A stretch of DNA of 64,000 nucleotides, taken from Lama guanicoe (taxonomy: Eukaryota). The stretch lies in assembly GCA_013239625.1 (NCBI GenBank), contig MU054323.1, positions 3,584,161-3,648,160 on the forward strand, written 5' to 3'. Position numbers and translations under genes: made by a program. Positions 12,069-22,899 of the stretch are shown here, piece by piece (the first letter of the stretch is position 1; every line of letters starts with the position of its first letter). Under the pieces are notes generated by a model. It was given only the letters and a program-made list of their open reading frames with translations. It searched no databases and was not told the DNA's origin.

Positions 12069-12924
12069 GTCAGAAATTCCCCCACCCCAAACCCCCCAAA
12101 CAGAAGTGTGCCTCATCCTCCCAATGGGAGGGCTCTAAGCCCACAGGCTGATAAGGGGGTCCTTCTATTCCTGTGAACACCTGGCTTGGCAAGCCCGCTC
12201 CTGCCGTGGGATCTGCGGACGGCTTTCCCTGTGCTCACAAGGGCCAACTCTGACTTCTGAGAAGAATTGTGTTCTCTTGATTTCTGCAGATGCAGACAGG
12301 CCAGCTCATGCTTGGCTGCTATGCAGATGGTGTGGGCTCTGGCTCCCTGGGGGGCCGGCTAAGGCAGGCCCTCAGCGTTTCTGCCCAGAATTGATGCACT
12401 ACTTCTTAAGGCACCGCTGCTGATCACGTGCCCGGCTGGGGCTCCTGGGCACGAGGCTACCAAAGCAGTGGACTATGATTCCACTCTTGCTGGGCGCCAG
12501 CTCTCAGAGAGCCCGGGCAGACCATCGCCGGGCAGGGCCTCACCAGGAGCAGCCCGCCAGCAGGACGACCTCTGGTTCTTAGTACAGAAGGCTTCAAGGC
12601 TGACTTTGGGGTGTCCCTCCCTGTCCCCAGGAGAGGGCTGACCCTGCTAGAAGTCTGTGGGGCCTTAACCCAGCTCTGCAGCTCTGGAAACCAGGCCTAC
12701 CATGGAAAGGTCTTCCAAATTCCAAGTGCTTACTCATGACTTGTAGAGAAATAGGCAGCCTCAGCCCAAGGCTTTTCTTGGGTCAGCACTGCTGTCTAAG
12801 GATCTCTGGCTGGGTCCTCATGGTGGTCAGTAACCGAGGCTGGCCCCAAGCTCTGTGTGCTAAGCTCCAGCCTTGCCCAGAGTCATACACATTCCCCTTC
12901 TTCTTTCCTTCCCCCCTTCTTCTT

Positions 12925-13380
12925 CTACTTAAAAATTTTTATCATGAAAATGGTAAACACACAGAAAAATTGAGAGGATTGTATAAACCCCGTGTACCTA
13001 TCACCTAGATATGACAATTATCAACATTTTGCTATATTTGCCCCACATACATTTTTGCTTAAGTATTTTAAGGCAAATTGTTGACATACATTTTACCTCT
13101 AAATATTTCAGTCTGCATCTCTAAAAAAATGAGTTATTATGTACTAATATCACCGTTAAATCCATCAAAATTAACAATAGTTCTTTAATATTGTCTAACA
13201 CCCTGTCCTATTTAAATTTCTGCAGTGGTTGCAAAAATGTCCTTTATGGTTGGTTTACTCAACCCAGAATTCAAGCCAGATCCATGCCTTGCATTAGGTC
13301 ATTTTATCTCTTAGGTCTCTTTTAAACTAGGTCTATACCATTCTTCCAGAGCTATAGACAACAGGCTGAAGAAAGCAGGT
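12925..13380 (-). mobile_element. Old L1M (MC/ME-like) 3' end
   Basis: AT-rich; cacacagaaaaattgagaggattgtataaaccccgtgtacctatcacctagat...caattatcaacattttgc is the reverse complement of an L1M 3' UTR. Confidence 0.75.
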
Positions 13381-13884
13381 CAGCTGCACAGGTCACACTC
13401 AGTCTGTGTGTGGATACTGGGGCAAAGGTGCAGGGGGACAGACCCTACTTTTTCCTTCCTGGGCCTGGGAGTCCTCAGTAGGCAGCACAGTGAAGAGGTG
13501 CAGGGTCCCTCGTGGCCCTGGGGTGTTTCTGCTTTGAGGCCCAGAAACAGGGAGAAGCTATCCTTCCTTGGGGAGCCACTGCAACATGCAGAAGGGGCTG
13601 GGGAAGATGGCCTGGAACGAGAATGAAGCTTTGATACTAGTGGTGACACCAGATCCCTCTGGGAGGGAAGAATCCTGCTGAGTCTCTGGGAAGGACCTTT
13701 GAAGATGAAGGTCAGTAACTCAAAGCTTGTCAGGGCCCGGGACTTGGGTACTTCTGATCCCTCTGGGAGGACGGGGCCTGGCCAGGCCTGGCAGCCCCTA
13801 CTCTGGCCCACACACTGTCCCCTTTGATGGATGTTCGGCCCCACCCTTTGGCTCCCACAGCTTCTCTTCTGCCTCCAGTTGTGT

Positions 13885-14125
13885 AGCAGCTGTCGTCATC
13901 CACCCACAGCTGCTGCCACAGCAGCTGTGACATTAGCTGTGACATTGTCCAGGCTCCTTCCTGCCTGAGCCTAGAGCCGCAGCTCCCGCTCTGGCCCTGC
14001 TCCGCAGCGCTCCCCGGGGGCTTCCGGGCCTGGGGCTCTGCGCATGCTCACTGCAAACAAACAGAACTTCCCAAGTCAGTCTGGCAGCTCACACCTGCTC
14101 ACGGTGAGAAGCCGCGCAGGACTCA
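13885..14125. promoter_or_regulatory. Candidate promoter/enhancer, CpG-retaining patch
   Basis: Local CpG retention; NRF1-like tgcgcatgct, ETS core cttccgg, forkhead-like gcaaacaaaca, three CAGCTG E-boxes, splice-donor-like ACG|GTGAGA at 14103/14104. Confidence 0.4.
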
Positions 14126-14194
14126 GGAGGAACTTGTAAAGCAATGGCGTAAATGAGGAAGCAGCATTTTTTTCCCCCCAACTCAATGGGAAAA

Positions 14195-14990
14195 ATTAAT
14201 TTAAAGGTTGATCATCTCCAGCGTGGCCAAGTGTGTGGGGAAACAATCTCTTGCTCTCTTGGCAGAATGTAAATTGTTCAGCCTTTTGGAGAATATCGAC
14301 ATTAAAAATGTGCATGTCTTTTCATCCATTTTTTCATTCAACCAATATTTACTGAGTCTCATTATGTGCCAGACACTGTTGTAGTTGAGTGGGGATACAG
14401 CCGTGAGTTAGACGGATAAGGTACCTGCTCCTGGGAAACATATTTTAGTGGGAAAAGCAGACAATAAATAAATAAGTCTACACTATCATTTGTCGTAAAT
14501 GCTATCAGTAAAAATAAAACCAAGTAAGAAGATCGGGTGTAGGGTAAGTTGTTACTCTTTCAATCCTTTGGTGTAGGAATTCCACTTCTGGGAAATGCTC
14601 AGAAATGCTTACACATGTTCATGAAGACACACACGAATGTTCGTAAGAGCAAAAAGTGTAAACACTTGCATGCTTAACAACAGAGGGGGCAGTCAGTGAA
14701 CTGTCCATCTGCACAGATGGGTAATCTGCAGCCATGAAGAATGAGGCAGCTCCATGGGACTGAAGACACGTTTTTTTAAGCAAAAGCAATTGTCCTAGTA
14801 CAATATATACAGTAGGATCCATATTAGTAAAATGATATTTAAATATATTGCCAATGCAGAGAAAAAGTTCTAGAAATAATGGATTATTTCTGGTGTGAGG
14901 AAGCGGGAGGGGGTAATTGTAAAACAGGACTTTCACTTTTTGCTCAAAATACTCCTGTATTGTTTGAATTCTTTGACCAAAAAAAAACAG
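14195..14990 (+). mobile_element. Old L1ME-like fragment interrupted by an L2 tail
   Basis: tggcagaatgtaaattgttcagccttttggaga (14260-14292) resumes as aattccacttctgggaa... after 14555. Confidence 0.6.
14320..14530 (-). mobile_element. L2 LINE 3' end
   Basis: ttcattcaaccaatatttactgagtctcattatgtgccagacactgtt is the reverse complement of the L2 tail. Confidence 0.82.
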
Positions 14991-15314
14991 GAAAAAAAAA
15001 CTCATCAGCATATATTTATGTATTCCATGAGTTAAGTAAAAAACAAAACACAGTGTCAGAAATAGATGCTAAAGGAAGCTAAATGGCTCTTCAGGTTTGT
15101 CATACTGACTCTGCCCTATGGCTTTTGGTCCTAAGGAAGAAAGTGGAGTGAAATGAACATTTGCTCCCTAAACCCAAAGCTCTCAACAGCCTCTGCTGGC
15201 CCCAAATCATGGGGTCAAGAGAGCAGGAAGGGACAGGAAGGGAAGGACCTGCTTTTACTGAACAGGTGGCCGCGCCAGGAGTTGAGCTGCGTCCACAGGG
15301 AAGGTGCTCCTCCT

Positions 15315-15430
15315 GCCATTTGAAGATGAGGAAATTGAGGTTCAGAAAGTTAAGTAGGTCACCCAGGGTCACAGTGTTGCTGAGCGAGTCAGGGTTTGAA
15401 ACTATATCTGTTGAGCCCGAGTCTGTGCTT
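15315..15430 (-). mobile_element. MIR SINE fragment
   Basis: ccatttgaagatgaggaaattgaggttcagaaagttaagt...cccagggtcacag. Confidence 0.8.
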
Positions 15431-15734
15431 TTGTCTGGTGTATACAGTAGGTTTCTAGGCAACAACAATTCCCCTACAGGGGGACCCAGCAGTGGGCGGG
15501 TCCCTCTTCTGATTTAATGGCAAATGTGGACTCTCTAGTCAAGCTGGGTGTTGGCCTGACCCTAAGCCCAGGGCTAAAGGAGGTCATCACCTTCTGGGCC
15601 CCTAAGTCCTGGCTCCTGGGAAAACGGGGACCCATGGTTGCTTCAATCTGCAGAAATGACCATAATCAGAGTTGAGAAATGATAGTGACAGTGATAATAA
15701 TAATAACCAATATGAAACAATAATTATAAGGAAG

Positions 15735-15915
15735 ATAGTGCTGGACTTTGTTCGAAGCATTTTGCAAACATTGATACATGTTTTAGCTTGTATCATCCCC
15801 CTTTTACAGAGAAACCTGAGGCACAAAGCATTTAATAACTGGCCCCAAGTCACGCAGCTAGAAAGGAACAGAGCCAGGATCCAAATTCCTGTAATCTTCA
15901 GAACCTGTGCTCTTG
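15735..15915 (-). mobile_element. MIR SINE
   Basis: ccccttttacagagaaacctgaggcacaaag...aactggccccaagtcacgcagctag. Confidence 0.75.
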
Positions 15916-15954
15916 GCTTCTGTTAACATTGATTCCTCCAAAGCCAGTCAACAC

Positions 15955-16190
15955 AAGCAGTCCCTACTATGTGCTGGGCATTGTTGTGGATACTTAAAGT
16001 ATATTAACATTTTAAGTGCTCTGAGACAACCATAACTCATAGGTACTATTAGTAGCTTCATATTACACCTGAGGAAACTAAGCACAGAGAAGTGAAGTCA
16101 CTTGCCCAAGGTCACACAGCATGTAAATGTAAAAGGTGGACTTTGAGCCCACACATTCTGACTACAGAGTTTGTGCTCTTTAACACTGCA
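15955..16190 (-). mobile_element. MIR SINE, near full length
   Basis: ctactatgtgctgggca...tgaggaaactaagcacagagaagtgaagtcacttgcccaaggtcacacagc. Confidence 0.85.
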
Positions 16191-18344
16191 CTATATTAGC
16201 AGATAGGCCCCTAGACTTTAACCCCCTCAACGTACATTTTCTATTTCTAGAAAGGAGTCCTGAAAATCCCCAAGGGGCATTTGGCATTCACTTGAGCGAG
16301 AACAGCTGGTAATTCCTGATCTCTGGTCTTCTGTGGCTGGGGGGCTAGTTGTTGCCTGGTGACTCACTGTGCTGGGATGGACAGATTAATCACTTTACCA
16401 TCCAGATCCTGCCTGCGGTGACACGCTATCACACTTGCAGGCATGGGGAGGGGCTGCAGCTCCAGGATGAATGAGCCCATTTGAGATCAGAGCGGGTGAT
16501 GGTGGGGGGATGTTCAGGGGACAGACCTCAAAGAGCCCTTGTTTCTCCGTCACTTCCCATTTTCTTTCTACTTCAGTAAGATGAAAAAGACAAAAGCATT
16601 TCTAAGGAAATGTAGCAGAAGTGTCCGTCCAGCTCCTTTCATGTCCCAGCAAATGAAGCAGACCCAGCCTCCCACCTCACTGTGCTCTGGTGCTGGTCTC
16701 CCACTAGGGCTCCAGGCACTGTGCTAGGGTCACCTGGACACTCAAGGAAGCCTCACGTGGTGCCTGGCTCAGAAGCAGGCTGCTGTCAGGCAGCTTTGTG
16801 CATTTGGTGGCTTCTTTGGAAACTCATCAAACGCTTGGCACAGGCACTTCCCTCCTCCAGTGACAGGAGCTCACACATAAACTGCTCTGAAATATGATAA
16901 TGGTGTCTGTCAATTTCTGCACACAGAATGCTGTTTTCTACAGCAGGGCTGGTTGTCTTGGGCTTCTGGAACTGTATGGGCTTCCAGATCCCCTGCTCCA
17001 TGCAGCAAGGTTCCAACAGTATATAGAGTATAAGAGAGCAGGACATGGTGAGGGAGAGGTGGTGGCTAGCTCATGGGAGCAACCACCCCTCCGCACTCCA
17101 TTTGTGGGGTGGAGGGGGGTGGGGTTCTGAGGACATTCCTTAGCTGGAGAGCAGGCACAGCTGCGAATGACAGCAGCTGCAGAGCCCAGAGTGGGTCTGA
17201 GCATGGCCTCTCCCTCCCTGGGCCTGGCAGATGACCTCCTGTTCCCCAACCACAGTGCTGGCTCTGGCTGGCAGTGCAGGGCACTCTGCCTCCCCACTGC
17301 AGCGAGGTTTGAGCAGGTGCAGGGGGGAGGGTGTCTTAGGAGGTGAAGGACAATGAGAACAGAAGTGCAGAGGTGGCGTTGTGCCTGGTATTTGTGAGAC
17401 TGAAAGGAGGACACATTCATTGTTTGGATGCATCTGTAATTTTAGCCTAAATCTTTCCTGAAGGAGGTACTGTTGGAATAGGGCGAGGGCTGTGCAAGCA
17501 TTGAAAGGTTTGAAGGAGGGTAAGGACTAGATCAGGAGGCAAATCTTCCTGCAGGGTGGAGGGAAGCTGGATGGAGCACACACACTAGAGGTGGTCCAGG
17601 GCCTAGGTGGGAGCCCATTATGGACTGGACAAGGAATGTGGTGGGGGAATGGGAAGACAGGAGCACAGGAAGATTCAGGGCTTGGGCAGAGCACATAGGG
17701 TTTGGGATGTGTGGTTCCCCTCTGTCCTTAGCCCTGGTACAACAATACGCTTAAGGCTGTCCCCTCTGCTTCTAGAAGCTAAGAGGACCCCCAAAGGTCC
17801 TGGAGAATCTGACAAGAAGTCTAGTGGAAATGTCTCTTAGAAAAGCTGAGGATTCTTTCTACCGGATGCCGTGAAGATTAGAGATGACAGAGCATCCATC
17901 TGAGTGACTCATTCCTGGGCCATGATGTTGAGTGGGTCCTTGCCCTCAGCCATGCTCTTGGTGTGCCAAGATTCCCACAGCAGTCCTTTGTCAGACCACA
18001 AGCCATGGCAGCTCATGGATTTAAGCACGTTTTCTGGGCTTACATCTGCTGTGGTTATTTTCTTAACTATGCTCAAATGGTCCTATTCTAAGCTGGTGGG
18101 AGCTTATTCAAGTTTTGACTTTGACAGCAAAGCTGTAGGCTCTTGTACATTTCCCTCCTCAGACTGGTATCAGGCATCTCTCCAAGTGGCCCCGGTTCCT
18201 TTTAGCGGGAAATGGCATGGCGAGATTACACTCTAGGCATATTTGTATCCCTCCTTTCTTGGACAAAAAAAAAGCGTAATGTAAACTTGGGTCTACACTT
18301 GGATTTTTCCTTTAACCCTATAGTGACAGATCACTCAACAGCAG

Positions 18345-18520
18345 TCAGTGGAGATAGCCCTCACTCCTTGTGACTGCTGCATAATTCTCCATTTTGTAGC
18401 TGTACATTCAGCTAGTTCTTTCCTGATGAATATCTGAGTCGATTCCAGCCTTTCATTATTACAAACTGTCCTGCAATGGATAACTTCGTGCATGTCTTTT
18501 TTGTACCTTTGCTAGTGTAT
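18345..18520 (-). mobile_element. Old L1M fragment
   Basis: gactgctgcataattctccattt...ttccagcctttcattattacaaactgtcctgcaatggataac. Confidence 0.55.
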
Positions 18521-21489
18521 AAGCTCACATTCATTTTCCTGGGAAAATAGTCTGTTTCTTTCATTAGTGCTCCATCAGTTAAAAGCTTATTACCTTTAGA
18601 TTCTCAAAATCTAAGAATCTGTGCTCTTAAGCTCTGGCAAGTGCGCCGCCCCTGTCATCTCGGACTACAGTTTCTCCATCAAGCAGTGAGGGAACCAGGC
18701 AAAGGGACTTTTAGGGCCTTTCTCCAGAGTCTGGACACACCCAGGCTCTCCTTTCAACACCCCCTTGACCTGACTCCTCCCTGCCTTTTGGTGGGAAGTG
18801 CCACTCTCACTTCCTAAATTCAGGATCAATTATCCCCCAGGGGACCTAGGGTCTGGATGAGTCACCTTTCTATTGGGAAAGGTCTCTGAGGTAAGCCATG
18901 AGTGTTGCTGAAAGTTCAAGGTAAACCAAGGGTCTGATAAATGAAGAAATACCCAAACTACTGCCCCAGAATGGAGAGGATTTGGCATTCAAGAAAAAAA
19001 ATTAGTTAACAGGGATTAATAAGTAATCAGACATTAATTCATTGTGAATGGAAATGAGTTAAACTTCAGTTGGGTGGAGGAGGAACCGGGCTGCCTGCCT
19101 CCAGAGGGTTAATCTTCTCATGAGTGCCGGGGGTGGGGGTGGGGTGACTAGTTAAGATTTTTTTTTAAAGTCTCTACAATGTAGCAAAAGCCCCCAAATC
19201 TGAAGTCCCCTCAGAAAGAACAAACCACAAATCCTCAAAGTGTTCTCCTGGGCACACTACACTTAGGCCCTGCTGGTGGATGTCTAGCAGGAAGCAGGTC
19301 TGGTATCCCAGGAATCACAATGACCACCCACAGAGAGGGGGTCAGACCCTGTTAGACATTGGCCATCATTGAGACTCCAACCTGTATAGAATTGTCTTTC
19401 CCAGCTGAGCACATAGAGCCTGTGACAAGCAGCCCTTCTCCAGACCCTGGGCCTTTAGCAAGGAGCTACTAGTGGGCTTGAGGTCCAGGCTGAGGCTGCC
19501 CTGGGCAGAGCTGACCACTTAGCCTGGCTTCTAGGCTTTCACAGAGAAGTCCTTCGGGAGTTAGAGAGGGAAGCTGGGGACGATCACCCAGCAGCCAGCC
19601 TGGGGCAGAGTACAGAGCACCCACTCAGCAAAGGTTGGTGAAAGAATGTGAGGGTGGGGTGGACAGAATGCATGATGAGCTCCTCAGGGCTGCATGGCTA
19701 AGCAGGGCGGTAGAAAGTGTGATCTGGTGCTTCCTGCCACCAGGCAGAAAGTGCCAGAGAGGTTTTGTTTCTGCAACTCAGCTTCTGCCACCCTTGCATT
19801 TCCCAGAGAGATTGCCACATCTCTTGCCCCCCAAATCCATGAAAACAAAACCCATCTCCCCAGATATTAACCCTCCACCTCTCACACCTACCAAGGACAT
19901 TTCAGAAAGCAGCAGCAAGCCAGATACGAGAGCCCATAGCCTTGAAAGTCACTGGTCCAGCCTCCTGGTCCCAAGCCCCAAGCTCTGCCTGCCAGGCACC
20001 TCCCTGCTTCCTTCTTCCTAAACTTCACGGCACCCAAATGTTCCAAGTCAGCCAGAAACTTCCACCAGCAGGAGCTGTATGCCGGGCAGCCCGGGCCTGA
20101 TCAAGACCTGGGTAGCACTGCTCTTCCTGGGCTCTCGTGGGAACACTTTCTGCTGCCACAGCCGTTATCTGCCCAGTGAGGGCAATTTGGGGGCTCTCTG
20201 AGCATCTTCCTTGCTCTCTCCACCCTTTGTGCGGCTAGGTCACCCCTCTCCAGGCCCTGCTTAGCCTCAGAAGGGCTCCCTTGAGCCAGTCTCTGCAGGG
20301 TCCACTTTCTAGTTGCGCCCAGAGTGTCTTAAAATCTTAGTTGTCCTCGATGTTGGCGTCACGGAAGTAAAAGCCCAAGAGCAGGTTTGTGCTGCGGGTG
20401 GGGCAGGGGCAGGGTGAGCACTGGGTTTCTGGACCTACAAGACCTGTTCTTACACTGGATCTGCCTCTGCCCAGTGGTGTGACCTTGGCTGGTCACAGGT
20501 GAGGGGCCAAGAAGCCAAGACCGCCAGCGTCTCCTCTGAGCACGTCATGGTCTGCCTGCCTACTGCAGTCCCCTCAGTTGAATTCCCTGCATTATGGCTG
20601 CCTCAGCTATGAAATGGGGATAATAATTCCTTCCGCACTGGGTTTTGGTAGGAGTCCATATAGAGGTAATTACAGGAAACTCACCGCAGAGCAATTTGAC
20701 GATGTAAATCAGGGTAATCCCAGTTGTCTAGATCCTCGTCTTGGCCTTCATTTAGGGTCTGTGCTTTTGCTATAGCTTTTGGCACCTAACTTCCCTTGGT
20801 TGAATTCTTCCTCCTTGTGGAAGATGGGGACCCTCTTCTGTGACATCAAGGCTCTCACACCCAGGCTGTTGGCTGGCTGGAGGGTGACTGGTGGGAAAGT
20901 ACATGGCTGAGATGGTCCCCCAGCTCTGAGATGATACCCATGCTCTGGCTTGTCCTGCTTCCCTATTCCCACCATAATGGTGAAGGGAGGGTCTACTCTG
21001 GGGAAAAGAGTGGAACCTGGAATATTGGGCCTGGTCCTCTTACTCGGCAGGCTCTGGCCAAATCCAAGCTCCCAAACCTGTGGCTGCTCCAGGTCAGCTG
21101 TGGGATCTCAGGAGACAGGCTAATTCTGACAGGGAATCCACTCACTGGCAATCCCAGCTCCTGCCATCAACTCAGATACCTGTGGTCTAAATAAGAAATT
21201 CTAGAAAAGAGAGGGGTGCCGAGATCCAGCTGGGCCTAGGGGGAGTTCACTGGTAGACAAGGCACCAGAGGACCTAAATCAAGACTCTACTTCATCTCTC
21301 CTACCTTGGTGTCCTCTCTCACCAGGTGTTCTAAACATCAACCAGACATGTCCATGTCTCCACCCCATCCTCCCTTTCAGGGAAAGGTGTGAGATTAGTA
21401 ACAGCAGAAAAGACCAGCAACACCCAGGGTTGGGAAGTCCTGGGAAAGAGACCTTTTCCTACACTCTCAGCTCATCCTCAGAGGAAGGT

Positions 21490-22530
21490 GGTATAGCAAC
21501 AGATATCAAAATTTAAAGTATGCTTACCCTTTTACACAGAAGCTTCACTTCTAGGCATATACCTACAAAGATGTAAATATGAAGAAATTCATTTGACATT
21601 ATCTTTATTAAATGACAGTTACGATCAGCTTAAATGGCAACAGGGAAATAGCAAACGATGTCAATAATAGTGGACCAATTAAATAGTTACTAAGAAGGAT
21701 ATTACATCTCTGTATTCAATAACACAGAAAAAATCTGGAAGAAGTGGGGGAAAAGTACAGAATAATATGTATAGTATATTCTAATATATACATATGTATG
21801 TAAGAAAGTGCACACATAATATGGACACATATAATATGCTTACAGAGGCATCTCCTCGGATGTATACCACCATACAGTATAGTAGATAGTATGTAACAGC
21901 ATGCAGCATGGAACAGTATACAGCATGGAACAGCATATAGTATATAATAGTATGCAGTATATAACAGTTTGCAACATATAAATATATGACAGAATGCAGC
22001 ATATAATGATGGTACGCAGTACATTGTATGAAGCATATAATGGTATATAGCATATAACAGTATACAGTTTATAACAGTGGCAGTATATAATAGTATACAA
22101 TATATAATTGTTATGCAGTATATAACAGTATGCAGCATATAGCGGTACAGACCAGTGTATAGTACATAACAGCATATAGCATGTAACTGTATATAGTGTA
22201 TAACAGCATACAGCATGTAACTGTATGCAGTGTATAACAGTATATAGCACATAATAGTATACAGTGCTTAACTATAAGCAGGATACAACATTATACAGTA
22301 TGTAACAGCATATGGCATCTAACAGTACGCAGAGTATAGCAGTGCATGGTATATAATGGAATACACTATATAACAGCATACAGTATATAACAGCACATAA
22401 TACCAAACAGTATACAGTATGTAACATATACCACAATGCATGTCCAAATGTTAACAGTTGTTAGTCCTCATAGGGAAACACACTGCAGGTGATTTAAAAA
22501 TTGTTCTTCCGTATTGACTTAGTTTTCTGA
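21490..22530 (+). mobile_element. Old L1ME-like 3' region hosting a minisatellite
   Basis: cttcacttctaggcatatacc upstream; ggatgtatacacca...aaatgttaacagttgtta is split by the tandem array. Confidence 0.55.
21872..22435. repeat. Degenerate minisatellite, 17-bp composite unit (about CAGTATA-CAGTATATAA)
   Basis: Units such as cagtatg-cagtatataa, cagcata-cagcatgtaa and ctgtatg-cagtgtataa recur across about 560 bp. Confidence 0.85.
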
Positions 22531-22534
22531 AAGG

Positions 22535-22765
22535 CAGTATGGTGCATTGGTTTAGTATCAGGCTGTAGGACCAGATTGTGAAGGTTCAAATCCCATCTCT
22601 GCTGATTATGAGCTGTATAATCTCAGGCAAGTTGGCTTCTCTGAGCCTCAGTTTCCTCATCTATAAAATGGAGATAATAATTGTACCCACCTCATAGGGT
22701 TGTTGTGAGAATTTAAACGAGTAGTTTCTGACATACATGAAGAGTTCAGTAAAAGTTACTAGACT
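22535..22765 (+). mobile_element. MIR SINE, near full length
   Basis: ctctgagcctcagtttcctcatctataaaatggagataataattgtacccacctcatagggttgttgtgagaatt. Confidence 0.92.
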
Positions 22766-22899
22766 TCATTCATCAAATATTTAGTGTGCACCTGCAATGT
22801 GTGAGACACTGCTTTATTAGTTTTTCATCTACATAATTGGAAAAAGACCCTAAGACAGCTATTTTTCTTTTTCTTTTTCTTTTCTTAAGGCAGCAGAAC

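Noticed and set aside
21716..22252. Overlapping 90-178 aa Tyr/Cys/Ile-rich ORFs
   Set aside because: Artefact of the 17-bp minisatellite; open in all three minus-strand frames, with no domain or splice context.
21872..22435. CRISPR-like array
   Set aside because: Units are contiguous and degenerate with no unique spacers; mammalian context and no cas genes.
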